From Candidatus Bathyarchaeum tardum (GTDB taxonomy: Archaea > Thermoproteota > Bathyarchaeia > Bathyarchaeales > Bathyarchaeaceae), in NCBI GenBank assembly GCA_024650005.2, contig CP122380.1, positions 480,001-544,000 on the forward strand: a DNA stretch of 64,000 nucleotides. Reading direction: 5' to 3'. This document shows positions 1 to 10,598 of this stretch, piece after piece (position 1 is the stretch's first letter; each line of letters opens with the position of its first letter). The notes under the pieces were generated by a model. That model worked only from the letters and a program-made list of their open reading frames with translations, ran no database searches and had not been told where the DNA came from. The translations under genes and the position numbers were made by a program.

Positions 1-1118
1 CCAAATTCGTTGATTATTATCCTGAGGCTGCACAGTTTACTGCACCCTATACCCTTAAAGTTGGCGAAGAAACAATAACCGCAAAAATGATAATTCTAGG
101 TGCAGGTTCAAAACCGTTAATACCTCCAATTAAAGGTCTTGAAAAAACTGCTTATCTTACCAGTGACACTGTTCTGAACATCAACGATTTGCCAAAAACT
201 GTTGTAATCGTTGGGGCAGGCTACATAGCTGCAGAATACGGGCATTTCCTTTCTGCTATGGGGGCACAGGTGACAATAATTGGAGATATGCCCCAGTTTA
301 TTCCTTCTGAAGAACCAGAAATTTCAGCTGTTGCTCAAAAAAAGCTCGGGGAACATGTAACAATCTATACTAATTATAGGGTTCAAGAAACAAGTTTGAT
401 TTCTGATGGCAAAAAACGTGTCATCGCAATTAATTTGGAAAATAAAAAGAAACTAGAAGTCACTGCAGACGAGATTTTAATTGCTACAGGAAGAAAATCA
501 TTATCGGATGTTCTTCATCCCGAAAAGGGTGGAATAAAAACTGATGACCATGGATGGATAACTGTTAACGAGTATTTAGAAACTTCTCAACCTAATGTTT
601 GGGCTCTTGGAGATGCAAATGGGCAATATCCTTTCAAACATGTTGCAAACCATGAAGCATCAGTTGTTTATTACAATGCCCTGTTAAAACAAAAAACTAA
701 AGTAGACTATCATGCGGTTCCTCACGCAGTTTTCACTGACCCTGAGATTGCTTCAGTTGGTTTAGGAGAAAAAGCGGCTATAGAACAGTATGGCATGACC
801 AATGTGCTAATTGGCTTTTACCGATACGAAGATACCGCCAAAGGAGAAGCAATGAACGCCAAAGACTACTTTGTTAAAGTTATCGTGGAACAAGGCACCA
901 TGAAAGTACTTGGAGCACATATAGTAGGACCTCAGGCTTCTGTGTTAATTCATGAAATCATTCCTGTGATGTACACCAAAACTCAAAGTGCAAAACCCAT
1001 AGTGAACAGCATGCACATTCATCCTGCGTTAAGTGAAGTTGTTGAACGAGCTTTTCGTTCCCTTATGCCCCCTGAACATTATCATCATATTCTTGAGCAC
1101 TATGCTCAAAATGCTTGA
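1..1118 (+). CDS. lpdA: Pyridine nucleotide-disulfide oxidoreductase (dihydrolipoamide dehydrogenase-like), 5'-truncated by the window
   Basis: GAGYIAAE NAD-binding motif, ATGR, WALGD and C-terminal HPALSE; the frame is open back to the window start (KFVDYYPEAAQF...). Confidence 0.75.
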   Translation, partial: KFVDYYPEAAQFTAPYTLKVGEETITAKMIILGAGSKPLIPPIKGLEKTAYLTSDTVLNINDLPKTVVIVGAGYIAAEYGHFLSAMGAQVTIIGDMPQFIPSEEPEISAVAQKKLGEHVTIYTNYRVQETSLISDGKKRVIAINLENKKKLEVTADEILIATGRKSLSDVLHPEKGGIKTDDHGWITVNEYLETSQPNVWALGDANGQYPFKHVANHEASVVYYNALLKQKTKVDYHAVPHAVFTDPEIASVGLGEKAAIEQYGMTNVLIGFYRYEDTAKGEAMNAKDYFVKVIVEQGTMKVLGAHIVGPQASVLIHEIIPVMYTKTQSAKPIVNSMHIHPALSEVVERAFRSLMPPEHYHHILEHYAQNA

Positions 1119-1190
1119 AACTAGATACGTCGCGTAACCAGCGTTCACAATTTTCTGAAAAACAATCCAAGAAAAAGAGAAAAACAAGGA

Positions 1191-2687
1191 TTATTTTTGT
1201 TTAACTGGGATTCGTGGTATGGAAAACTGTTTTTCGACGTGTTGACGGTAGAACATGTTGTACACACAGAAAGGAATAATCCGGTTGTCAGGAGTCGCAT
1301 AATGAATAACACAATGATGGGCACGTTCTACATCAAACGTGTAGGGGTCCATGAAAGCCATGCTTCCGATTAGTAGGAGTCTTCTCCGGATGGGACCAAG
1401 GGAATCGTAAGAGGGGTTAGTGTGTATTTGAACCAGCGTCTTTATCGCATTTAACAAACCTGCTTCTCGTTGCACTTTTCTCCAGTCTAGCGACTTGAAG
1501 GAAGCAAGGAACAGTCTCAAATAAATTCCCAGTTTACTGATTTTCTGTTCTTTAACTAATAAATTCAAGTTTTTTAGATCAGACATGAACACGTCAAAAT
1601 TCAGGAACCGATTAATTGGCGTAAACATGTGGTTTCCGCGCCTGGAAACTAAAATCCAGTTCCAAAGCCCACAATATGGTGTAGGCGTAAAAGGTGGCCA
1701 AATTTTTGAAAGGAAAGTATTCATGATTTTTAGGGGAGGATCCATAACTGAAACAGGGAACATATCATCTTCTTGGATTAATCCATTTGTTTGTTCGGCA
1801 ATTTTTTGAGCAAGTAATGAGTTATCTATCCGTTGCTGTCTAGAAACAAATTCATGTGTCCGTCCCGTGAAAGACATGGGCTGAAAAACAATACCCCGTA
1901 CGATGTCTACGTTTTTGGCAGCGAACTTGACTATATCTCCGACTTCGTTGTCATTTATGCTCCCTTGAACTGTAGGAACCAGAATGATTTCGATGTCATG
2001 TTTTCTACAGAGTTCAACAAGACGTAACTTGTTTGGCAACAATTTGGCATTTCTTAGTTTCTTATAAGGAGCATCTGTAAGTCCATCAAATTGCATGTAA
2101 ACTATGTTTAGTCCTGCTTTCTTGAGTTTTCTGACCAATTCCGGGTCGTTGGACATTCTAACACCGTTTGTGGCGAGAAGAATCATGTATTTTAGGTCAT
2201 GAGCCATTTGCACAATTTCCACGATATCATCGCGGACCGTTGGTTCTCCACCCGCAAACATTACTGCTAAAGGTGCGGGATCTTGTTTTTTCAAAAACTT
2301 GAGCATGTCATGAATTTTTTCTTTACTTGGCTTATAAAGGTCAGGAGGTTGGGAAGCATTTGCAAAACATATGGGGCATCTTAAATCACATTCATTAGTT
2401 ACGTCGATTACTGCCATGACTGTTGCAGAAACATGATTAGGGCATTTGTTTACTGCACAGCCTTCGGGACAGTTGTCCTTAAAGGGTGTTGATGACGGTC
2501 TTTTGTATTCTTCAGCTTTGTGATAAATGTCTGCCCGTGACCAGTAGGTATCACTGAAGTTACCGTGTTCTTTGCAAGTTTTTTCTATTAGAATTTTGCC
2601 ATCTTTTTCTACAACTTGAGCTTTTATTTTTTCATAACAAACTGGACAAACGCTGAAAGTTTCCCTGAGAATTTTTTGCTCAGTCAC
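1191..2687 (-). CDS. tes: Tetraether lipid synthase (Tes/GDGT-MAS, MJ0619 family) radical SAM enzyme
   Basis: N-terminal CPVC...KTCKEHG rubredoxin-like site, CPEGC..CPNH, radical SAM CDLRCPICF, C-terminal MAFMDPYTFDVER..CVIHYATPDNRIIPFC typical of the family. Confidence 0.85.
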   Translation of the reverse strand: MTEQKILRETFSVCPVCYEKIKAQVVEKDGKILIEKTCKEHGNFSDTYWSRADIYHKAEEYKRPSSTPFKDNCPEGCAVNKCPNHVSATVMAVIDVTNECDLRCPICFANASQPPDLYKPSKEKIHDMLKFLKKQDPAPLAVMFAGGEPTVRDDIVEIVQMAHDLKYMILLATNGVRMSNDPELVRKLKKAGLNIVYMQFDGLTDAPYKKLRNAKLLPNKLRLVELCRKHDIEIILVPTVQGSINDNEVGDIVKFAAKNVDIVRGIVFQPMSFTGRTHEFVSRQQRIDNSLLAQKIAEQTNGLIQEDDMFPVSVMDPPLKIMNTFLSKIWPPFTPTPYCGLWNWILVSRRGNHMFTPINRFLNFDVFMSDLKNLNLLVKEQKISKLGIYLRLFLASFKSLDWRKVQREAGLLNAIKTLVQIHTNPSYDSLGPIRRRLLLIGSMAFMDPYTFDVERAHHCVIHYATPDNRIIPFCVYNMFYRQHVEKQFSIPRIPVKQK

Positions 2688-3547
2688 GTTAAAGCCCCTA
2701 AAACCAATGCTAAAGGTATGAGTATCATTGTTCTTGTTGCAAATCTTTCATGTTTCTTTACATTGTTTATAGCTTGGTTTTTGAGCAAAGAAACTCCCGA
2801 AACAACAAGAATTGCATCCCAAATAATGATTGGAATTAAATACGCGTAACCAACTGCACCTACCAGATACGGAATGGGTGAACCCGCTACGTTGAGCAAG
2901 AAGAAAGTTGCTCCCACTTTGGTTGCAAAACTTGTACCCCGTTTAGCTGCTAAGGTTGCATATCCTGCTTTTTTGTCTCCTTCTAGGCTTAGTACGTCTC
3001 TTAGTACGTTTCCACCTATGCTTCCCATGCTCATGAACGTCAACGATAAAGATGTTATAGTGATTGTTCCGAATAAAGCAGCTTCACCGTAAACAAAGGA
3101 TGTTCCTATGAGAAAGCCCATAAGAAAACTTCCTAAGAATCCGATGTGTTTTTTGATGTATTTGGAATAAGCAATTAAAAGAACAGTATCGGTTATGGCG
3201 ATGGCAACACATAGCCAATTTATTGTTGCTGATGCAGCAATTCCGATAACAAACAAGATTATTGCTGTTAAAAGTGCTTCCCACGGCTTCAAGTTTTTGG
3301 ATGGTATTGGTCGGTTCTTTTTTACTATAGCGTCTGACTCTTGGTCTACATAATCGTTGAAGGCAAAACCGCCTGAACTAATGCATATTGCTGACAGGAC
3401 GACTAACGGTATTATTAACTCGTTTTCCGGTAAGATCCCTCGTTGCAAAGTAAAGATTGTTAAAACTGAAAGACCACCCGTCATTAACCAGTATGGCGGA
3501 CGAAGAAGCATAATAATGGCCTTAAGCCGATTTTTAAACGAAGCCAT
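2684..3547 (-). CDS. UbiA-family prenyltransferase, digeranylgeranylglyceryl phosphate synthase-like
   Basis: LLRP N-terminus, NDYVDQESD..NRPIPS motif, RDVLSLEGD second motif, multiple TM helices; overlaps the tes start by 4 nt. Confidence 0.85.
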   Translation of the reverse strand: MASFKNRLKAIIMLLRPPYWLMTGGLSVLTIFTLQRGILPENELIIPLVVLSAICISSGGFAFNDYVDQESDAIVKKNRPIPSKNLKPWEALLTAIILFVIGIAASATINWLCVAIAITDTVLLIAYSKYIKKHIGFLGSFLMGFLIGTSFVYGEAALFGTITITSLSLTFMSMGSIGGNVLRDVLSLEGDKKAGYATLAAKRGTSFATKVGATFFLLNVAGSPIPYLVGAVGYAYLIPIIIWDAILVVSGVSLLKNQAINNVKKHERFATRTMILIPLALVLGALT

Positions 3548-3558
3548 TTAAATCGACC

Positions 3559-4503
3559 CTAATATCTTTTTGAGCTTATTATTTTTTTCAGTCCCTCTTC
3601 AATGCTCACTTGAGGGGTCCATTTCAGGATTTTTTTGGCTTTAGAATTGTCAGCCAATGTTATATCCATGTCTCCTTCCCATGCTTTGCCGCCTTTGAAG
3701 TAAATATCAACGTCTTCAAATCCAAGAATCTTTACAATCAGATTAGCTAGGTCTGTTACCGAAGTTGTGGAACCTGTTCCAACGTTAAAGGCATGTCCTG
3801 AAGCTTCAGGAGTAATCGCAGCCCTTAGTAAAGCGTTCACCAAGTCGTCAACATACACAAAGTCTCTGGATTGTCTACCGGTTCCCAGAACTTCCAGCTT
3901 GTGGGGATCCTTTTTTAGTTTATTAAGAAAGTCATAAATTACGCCTTGGCAGTTGGGTCCATAAACGTTGAAGATACGGAACATAACAGTTTCCAGTCCG
4001 TACGTTTTATGATAGAAGCTACAATAATGTTCACCTAGAAGTTTTGTTAACCCATAAAAGGCGATAGGGTTTGGTTCTGCTGTTTCGGGAGTTGGTTTTT
4101 CTTGGGGGTTACCGTAAACTGCAGAAGAAGAAGCAAAAACCACTCGGGCACCTGCTTTTCTGGCAGCTTCAAGGACACTCAAAGTTCCGATTACGTTAAT
4201 CTCGCTGTCTTCTTGGGGGTTGACCATGGAAAAAGGAACGCTTGTTTGTGCTGCTAAATGAAAAATTGTTTTACATTTTTTTGTCGCTTCTTGTATTGCC
4301 TCTTTCTCGCGGATGTCTTTTTGCACAAATTTTAGACCGTTTTCCATGAGGTCTTGTATGCGTTCTGTGCTTCCAGAATAAAGGTTATCAATTACGGTTA
4401 CTTTGGAGCCCAGTTCTACCAATTTTTTGCACAAGTTAGAACCGATGAAACCAGCACCACCAGTAACAACTACTTCTCGTCCATTGAATTCTTTCAATGC
4501 CAT
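3559..4503 (-). CDS. NAD-dependent nucleotide-sugar epimerase/dehydratase (GalE-like)
   Basis: TGGAGFIG, HLAA, ASSSAVYG, YGLTK, RIFNVYGP; start placed at MALKEF. Confidence 0.9.
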   Translation of the reverse strand: MALKEFNGREVVVTGGAGFIGSNLCKKLVELGSKVTVIDNLYSGSTERIQDLMENGLKFVQKDIREKEAIQEATKKCKTIFHLAAQTSVPFSMVNPQEDSEINVIGTLSVLEAARKAGARVVFASSSAVYGNPQEKPTPETAEPNPIAFYGLTKLLGEHYCSFYHKTYGLETVMFRIFNVYGPNCQGVIYDFLNKLKKDPHKLEVLGTGRQSRDFVYVDDLVNALLRAAITPEASGHAFNVGTGSTTSVTDLANLIVKILGFEDVDIYFKGGKAWEGDMDITLADNSKAKKILKWTPQVSIEEGLKKIISSKRY

Positions 4504-4616
4504 ACCCCAATAATATGACTGCAAACTAATGAGGCACTCATTAGTTAACCTTTTCCAAAAAAACATTACCCCAAATAAATCTTCATGCTGGGTCACAAAC
4601 TGAACAAGTGTTCAAA

Positions 4617-5177
4617 CTAGGCTGATGCTTCGATTGCTTCAACAGACAGGTTGACCCAGATTCCGCTATATTGATACTCTGTTGCAGTTGCATTCCAGAT
4701 GAACAATTCAAAGATGATCCTGTTTGTTCCCAACTTTTCTATGGTTATTTCTACTGGAAATTCCCAAATGTCGTTATCTTCTAAAGTTTGATCAAAATAT
4801 TCTATGACTTCGGCTGAACTTTGATTTAATACACCCTTTCCATCATCAATTTTCATTAATACTTGATAATCAAGGGGTTCATTGTTCTGGTTTTCTACAC
4901 CAACCCATAACGAGAACGTGCTGTTTTCTCCCAAAATTATCGTTGAGGGCAAGTTTTCTGTTTGTTTATTAGAATCCAAGTAGTATAGCGCTGAACATTT
5001 TTCTGCATTTATAGGTGTTAAAAGTGTTAACTGCACTAAGAGAGCACCTATAATCACCACAGCAATTGCAATTGTAAGGATTACGGTTTTTTCTTCATTA
5101 CTGTAAGCAGAGGATTCTGTTTTTGAAGTTTTTTTGATTTTTTTTTCCATAAATTCGTCATTATTGTTATTCGTCAA
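4617..5177 (-). CDS. Membrane-anchored DUF1616-like protein
   Basis: Single N-terminal TM, E..SALYYL...ENLP, VGVENQ, IIFEL, VNLSVE pattern seen in archaeal glycosylation-associated proteins. Confidence 0.6.
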   Translation of the reverse strand: MTNNNNDEFMEKKIKKTSKTESSAYSNEEKTVILTIAIAVVIIGALLVQLTLLTPINAEKCSALYYLDSNKQTENLPSTIILGENSTFSLWVGVENQNNEPLDYQVLMKIDDGKGVLNQSSAEVIEYFDQTLEDNDIWEFPVEITIEKLGTNRIIFELFIWNATATEYQYSGIWVNLSVEAIEASA

Positions 5178-5361
5178 TTATTTGTCATCCCCTGAAAAAA
5201 TTGAAATCAATTGTTTTCATCTCATATGCATTGTTTCTTTCGGATTAAACTAACATTTAGCTTTGTCCTAATAAAAGAATTCTTACAAACATCGAACAGC
5301 TCAACCGATTTAGACAACTTGCAAATTCAGGTCAGGTCAGGTATATTGCCAAAAAATAAGC

Positions 5362-6525
5362 TCATTTTTTATTGTAGACTTCTTGATAAACTTCCAGTAG
5401 TTGGCGAACGTTTTGTTTCCAGCTGAGCTTACTATGAATATACTGTTTAGCTTGTTTACCAATTTCAGATATAATCTCTTTTTCTGCTAGCAATTTAGAT
5501 AATGTATTAGCCATTACTTGGGGTTTTTGAGGTGGCACCAGAATGCCGTTTTTCATGTGCTCAATTATTTCTGGTGTGCCACCTACTATTGTCGCAACTA
5601 CGGGCAATCCACAGGACATAGCTTCAATAAGAACTAAAGGCAATCCTTCACCAGATGAAGAGGGTAACAAAAAGAAATCAGCTGCTGCATAATAGACAGG
5701 TAAGAGTTCATCAGGAACAAACCCAACTAGTTTGATGTTTTTTTCTATTCCAAGTTCTTTGATTCGTTCTTCAATTAAGCTTCTGCTGGGTCCTTTTCCT
5801 GCGACTACAAACAATACTTCTGGATGATTTTTTGCTAGCAAATAAGCGGAGTCTATAAGCGTGTCAAGCCCATTTTTATAGACTAATCTTCGAGCGCTGA
5901 AGATTATCTTTCGGTTTTGGGGTAAACCTAGTTTGTCGCGGCTTTGGTCTTTGTTTGCGGACTGAAAACAGTTTGTGTCTACGCCGTTATAAATTACTGA
6001 AGTCTTTGATTTGTCTGCCCCTAGACTAAGAACATACTTCATTGTTTGTTTACTTACCGTGAGTATTCTATCTGCGCGTTTCAAAACTGATTTACCAATT
6101 ATTACGTCATTGAGGTTTTCTACAGTGTTGAGCCATGACTTGTAATCAATGAAAGTGTTGTGCTGGGTTACAATAAAGGGTTTGTTGTATTTTTTTGCAA
6201 GCACGCCTGCAAGGCACGAAGACATGTAAACGTGACCGTGAGCATGAACCAAATCACAGTTTCTTATCTTCTTAGCAAATAGTTTGTAAGCGTTTACAAA
6301 AAGAATTGGATATGGCACGCCAAACCGGTCAGTAAATTTCAAGCTGGGATATGCAAAAACGTTGATTCCTTTGATGGGGTGCCTTGTTTGATCTTTTGTT
6401 TTACTGGTTAAAACATCAAATTCATAACCTGATTCTATTAATCGTTTGCTTTGTTCATATGCTACCTTTTCGATACCTCCCACGTGAGGTGAAAAAAAGT
6501 GCGTGACGAGGCATACTTTAGGCAT
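5362..6525 (-). CDS. Glycosyltransferase family 4
   Basis: PHVGGIE, VHAHG, IYNGVD, RLVYKNG, EGLPLVLIEAMSCGLPVV. Confidence 0.92.
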   Translation of the reverse strand: MPKVCLVTHFFSPHVGGIEKVAYEQSKRLIESGYEFDVLTSKTKDQTRHPIKGINVFAYPSLKFTDRFGVPYPILFVNAYKLFAKKIRNCDLVHAHGHVYMSSCLAGVLAKKYNKPFIVTQHNTFIDYKSWLNTVENLNDVIIGKSVLKRADRILTVSKQTMKYVLSLGADKSKTSVIYNGVDTNCFQSANKDQSRDKLGLPQNRKIIFSARRLVYKNGLDTLIDSAYLLAKNHPEVLFVVAGKGPSRSLIEERIKELGIEKNIKLVGFVPDELLPVYYAAADFFLLPSSSGEGLPLVLIEAMSCGLPVVATIVGGTPEIIEHMKNGILVPPQKPQVMANTLSKLLAEKEIISEIGKQAKQYIHSKLSWKQNVRQLLEVYQEVYNKK

Positions 6526-6628
6526 AGGTGGAGGGTGGATGCCTGTAAATTTAACTATTTCGCACCCTGCCCAAACAATCTACAATGCAAAACATCTAAA
6601 TTACACAGACAAAATTAACGTAACAGAG

Positions 6629-8086
6629 ATGTCCACCGAAAAACAACCTGAAGTACGCATTGGCTTAGAAGTTCATGTGCAATTAACCAGCCTTAATACT
6701 AAACTGTTCTGTGGCTGTGCCTCCGACTATAAAGGAAAAGACCCAAACTCCCTAGTTTGTCCAGTTTGCCTTGGAATGCCTGGGTCTCTTCCAGTTCTTA
6801 ATGAAAACGCAGTAGAATACGCGGTAATGGCTGCATTGGCTCTGAAATGCAAAATTTCTGAACAGATGTTCTTTTTCAGAAAAAACTACTACTACCCTGA
6901 CATGCCCAAAAACTTCCAGATTTCACAATACGACCAAGCAGGTGGAGTTCCCCTTGCTGTAGATGGACATCTTGAAGTAGAAGTTAATCAGAAACGAAAA
7001 AAAATTCGGATTGGAAGGGTTCATTTAGAAGAAGATCCCGGCAGGCTTGTTCATCAAGGTGCAATCGATACGTCGCCGTATACTTTGGTTGATTATAACC
7101 GTGCAGGAATTGCCCTTCTGGAGATTGTTACTGAACCTGATCTTGGTTCTCCAAAAGAAGCACGATTGTTCCTTCAAAAACTTCGTTCAATTCTTGAACA
7201 CCTAGGTATATTTTCAGGAAAACTGGAAGGTTCATTACGTTGTGATGCTAACATTTCGTTGATTGGTGGAACCCGAGTTGAAGTAAAAAACATCTCTTCT
7301 TTCAAAGAAGTTGAACGAGCGTTACGTTTCGAGATTATGCGCCAAAAGAACTTGGTTAAACGGGGGCAATCTATACAGCTTGAAACAAGGCACTGGGATG
7401 AAACACGCAGAGTGACCATTTCGTTGCGTATGAAAGAAAAAGAACATGATTACAGATATTTTCCTGAGCCTGACCTTGTTCCAATTGTTATCTCTAAAGA
7501 TTTGGTTGAAAATGTTAAACAAAAAATGCCTGAACTTCCTGAGGCTAGGATTCAACGGTTTGTTAACAATTATGGGTTGCCTTTGTATGATGCGGAAGTT
7601 TTGGTTAGTGATAAAACGTTAGCAGACTTTTTTGAAGAAACTGTGAAACTTTGTGATAAACCCAAAGACATAAGCAATTGGATGATGGGTGACCTTTTGC
7701 GTAATCTCAACGAGAACAACATTGAGATTACTGATTCCAAGATTACTCCTGAACATTTAGTTGAAATGATTCAATTGATAGATGAAGATGTAGTAAGCGG
7801 CAAAATCTGCAAACGCGTTTTACCTGAAATGGTTATAACTGGCAAAATGCCGTCCGAAATTATCAAAGAAAAGGGTTTAGTGAAAATTTCATCAACAAGT
7901 ATTCTTCAAGAAATTGTGGAAAAAGTGTTTACTGAAAATCCAAAATGTGTTCAAGATGCTCTTGTGGAGCAGAGTGCAGTTAACTTTCTTGTTGGACAAT
8001 TGATGCGGGCAACTAAAGGAAAAGCAGACCCAGGGTTAGCTAACCAACTGATTCAAGAAAAACTTTCAACCCTGAAAAATGAATAA
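6629..8086 (+). CDS. gatB: Asp/Glu-tRNA amidotransferase subunit B
   Basis: IGLEVHVQL, TKLFC, RKNYYYPD, HLEEDPG, DYRYFPEPDL, C-terminal YqeY-like domain; start at MSTEK. Confidence 0.97.
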   Translation: MSTEKQPEVRIGLEVHVQLTSLNTKLFCGCASDYKGKDPNSLVCPVCLGMPGSLPVLNENAVEYAVMAALALKCKISEQMFFFRKNYYYPDMPKNFQISQYDQAGGVPLAVDGHLEVEVNQKRKKIRIGRVHLEEDPGRLVHQGAIDTSPYTLVDYNRAGIALLEIVTEPDLGSPKEARLFLQKLRSILEHLGIFSGKLEGSLRCDANISLIGGTRVEVKNISSFKEVERALRFEIMRQKNLVKRGQSIQLETRHWDETRRVTISLRMKEKEHDYRYFPEPDLVPIVISKDLVENVKQKMPELPEARIQRFVNNYGLPLYDAEVLVSDKTLADFFEETVKLCDKPKDISNWMMGDLLRNLNENNIEITDSKITPEHLVEMIQLIDEDVVSGKICKRVLPEMVITGKMPSEIIKEKGLVKISSTSILQEIVEKVFTENPKCVQDALVEQSAVNFLVGQLMRATKGKADPGLANQLIQEKLSTLKNE

Positions 8087-8099
8087 TGTTTAAACTGAT

Positions 8100-8771
8100 T
8101 TAACCTTCTGATTTTTGTTCAGGTTTTGTTTCAAGGGTTTTTGTGTCTGATTCAAGTATGTTTTGTAACACTTTGTAGATTGAAAGGGCAGCGGCTCGTT
8201 CTGTTCCAAAACCTGAAGTTGCTCCTAGTAAGCAGATGCCTTTCCATCCCCGTTTTTTTGCAAGCCCAATTAATAGTCCAGTTGCACCTGCGATTTTTCC
8301 CTCGCTGTATATTGTGGTTCCTTTATCAAGGTGTTTTTGAGCCAGAGAATCAGATGTAGCAGCAATATAAACTTGGTCTGCTGCATTTGACGTTGCCACT
8401 CCCCCTAAGGTGACTATGCGTTTTGTTCCATATTTTGCGGCAAAATTCAGTATTTCATCACTGATGTCGTAGTGAGCTAGTCCATCCTCCATTGAAGGTT
8501 GGGCGTCTCCAGTTAAGATTATGAAATGGCTTTTTTCTGTTTTTGCAACGTAAAACCTGTAACGGGGTGGACGACAGATTCCTTCCTTGTTTACTGTCAC
8601 GTAATCTGGAAAATATGGTGCATAAACTTCAGCGAAAGGTTTAGCATCTGTGCATTCTATAAGGTGACATGCGGCAATCATTCCAATATTGCCTAGACCT
8701 GCGAGTCCCTCTACTAAAATTGGATTTTCAAGTTGGGGTTCAAAGAGTTCACGGAAATATGGTTTATCCAT
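8100..8771 (-). CDS. PAC2-family proteasome assembly chaperone
   Basis: NPILVEGLAGLGNIG, ILTGDAQP, TLGG, GKIAGATGLL, GICLLGAT. Confidence 0.85.
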   Translation of the reverse strand: MDKPYFRELFEPQLENPILVEGLAGLGNIGMIAACHLIECTDAKPFAEVYAPYFPDYVTVNKEGICRPPRYRFYVAKTEKSHFIILTGDAQPSMEDGLAHYDISDEILNFAAKYGTKRIVTLGGVATSNAADQVYIAATSDSLAQKHLDKGTTIYSEGKIAGATGLLIGLAKKRGWKGICLLGATSGFGTERAAALSIYKVLQNILESDTKTLETKPEQKSEG

Positions 8772-8829
8772 TAGGGGTCACTTACCAGTTAATGAAAAAT
8801 GCAGACTATAGTTCTTTCGTAACTTTTCA

Positions 8830-10293
8830 TTAAAGCTTGGGTTTTTGCTTGCTGAATTCTGTGTTTTGTTCAAAGGTGTAAGCAACCTGTAGAGTGAGGT
8901 CTTCTCGAAGGTGGGGCGCCAAAATCTGTAATCCCACTGGAAGCCCTTTAGTAAATCCACAAGGGACAGAAATTGCAGGTAATCCTGCTAGGTTTGCTGA
9001 AACCGTGTCTACGTCGCTCATGTAAAGTTGGAGGGGGTCTTCAATTTTTTCGCCAATTTTAAAGGGAGGAAACGGCATAGTTGGACCCATTAAAACATCA
9101 AATTTTTTGTAAGCTTCTTCAAAGTTTTTACGAATTAATGTTCGAACTTTAAGGGCTTTCAAGTAATACTTGTTGTAGTAACCCGCTGAAAGCGCATAAG
9201 TGCCCAAGATTATTCGTCGCCTTACTTCAGCTCCAAATCCGGTTCGCCTGTTTTTGGAATAAACTGTTGCCCAGTCTGCTTCATCTTTGTCTATGCGATA
9301 ACCGTAACGTAACCCATCAAACCGAGCCAAATTCGAGCTGGCTTCAGACATTGCGACAATATAGTAAGCTGCAAGGGACTGCTCCAAGCTGGGCAGTGAA
9401 GTTTCTTCGTATGATGCACCTAATTCTTCCAGTTTGTGAATTGCATTCCAAACCTGTTTTTTAACATCAGGTTTTGTTCCTTCACCAAAAAATTCTTTGG
9501 GTACTCCGATTTTAAGTCCTTTAACGCCGTTTTTTAAGAATTGGGTGTAATCTTTTATGGGTTGATTAACTGATGTGCCATCTTTCGTGTCATGACCCGC
9601 AATTACGCTTAAAAATAGTGCACAATCGTAAACGTCCTTTGCCATGGGTCCTATTTGTTCTAGGCTGTTGGCATATGCGATTAATCCGTAACGGCTAACT
9701 AGTCCATATGTTGGTTTTAATCCAACAACCGAACAATAACTTGCAGGGCAACGAATCGAACCTCCTGTATCTGTTCCTAATGACAGGACTGCTTCGTCAG
9801 TGGCGATGCATGCTGCACTTCCTCCGGATGATCCTCCGGGAACTCGTGAGTTATCCCACGGGTTAAAGGTTGGTCCAAAATAGCTGGTTTCTGTGGATGA
9901 GCCCATTGCGAATTCATCCATGTTTGTTTTTCCAATTATTATCCCGTCTTGTTGTTTGATTCTATTAATAACTTCGGCATTGTAGGGGGGAACAAAATTT
10001 TCAAGCATCTTAGACGAGCAGGTTGTCAAAATCCCTTGTGTGCATATTGCATCTTTTATTGCGATTGATACCCCTGCTAGTTTTCCGACTTTTTTTCCTT
10101 CAGAAATTTTTTTGTCAATTTCTTTGGCTCTGTTTAAGGCTTGGTCTTCAACAAGTGTTACAAACGCGTTAATTTTATCTTCAACTTTGTGGATTTGTTC
10201 AAAGACTGCTTCCAAACATTCTTGTGCGGATGCTTCTTTGCTTTTTATTTTTTGTATGGTCTGTTGGGCTGTTAATTTGTGCAAGTCTGACAT
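8830..10293 (-). CDS. gatA: Asp/Glu-tRNA amidotransferase subunit A
   Basis: Amidase signature GGSSGGSAA, GTDTGGSIRCP, SNLARFDG, EVRRRIILGT. Confidence 0.97.
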   Translation of the reverse strand: MSDLHKLTAQQTIQKIKSKEASAQECLEAVFEQIHKVEDKINAFVTLVEDQALNRAKEIDKKISEGKKVGKLAGVSIAIKDAICTQGILTTCSSKMLENFVPPYNAEVINRIKQQDGIIIGKTNMDEFAMGSSTETSYFGPTFNPWDNSRVPGGSSGGSAACIATDEAVLSLGTDTGGSIRCPASYCSVVGLKPTYGLVSRYGLIAYANSLEQIGPMAKDVYDCALFLSVIAGHDTKDGTSVNQPIKDYTQFLKNGVKGLKIGVPKEFFGEGTKPDVKKQVWNAIHKLEELGASYEETSLPSLEQSLAAYYIVAMSEASSNLARFDGLRYGYRIDKDEADWATVYSKNRRTGFGAEVRRRIILGTYALSAGYYNKYYLKALKVRTLIRKNFEEAYKKFDVLMGPTMPFPPFKIGEKIEDPLQLYMSDVDTVSANLAGLPAISVPCGFTKGLPVGLQILAPHLREDLTLQVAYTFEQNTEFSKQKPKL

Positions 10294-10304
10294 GTATTTG
10301 GCTC

Positions 10305-10598
10305 CTATACTATTCTGGGGGCTTTGAAGAATTTTTTCTCTTTTTTGGGGGCCGTTTTTAATGCTTCTTCTGTGGACAATGAAGGAACTATTTCGTCTTT
10401 TCGAGTGATGTTCTTGAGGTCTAAAACATGATAGGTTGGTTCTACATTTTCGGTGTCTACTTCGTCAATTTTTTTAAAATATTCAAGAATGTCATTGAAC
10501 TGTTCCGTAAACAACTCTTTTTCTTCTTCCGAGAGCTCTATATGGGACAGCCATGCTACATGTTCAACGTCTTTTTTTGACAGGTGCTGTTCTTTCAT
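10305..10598 (-). CDS. gatC: Asp/Glu-tRNA amidotransferase subunit C
   Basis: VEHVAWLSHIEL, DTENVEPT, FFKAPRIV; directly upstream of gatA; GGAGG SD before MKEQH. Confidence 0.95.
   Translation of the reverse strand: MKEQHLSKKDVEHVAWLSHIELSEEEKELFTEQFNDILEYFKKIDEVDTENVEPTYHVLDLKNITRKDEIVPSLSTEEALKTAPKKEKKFFKAPRIV

Noticed and set aside
6503-6628. N-terminal extension of GatB in the ORF track
   Set aside because: Overlaps the divergent GT4 start and promoter; homology begins at MSTEK (6629).
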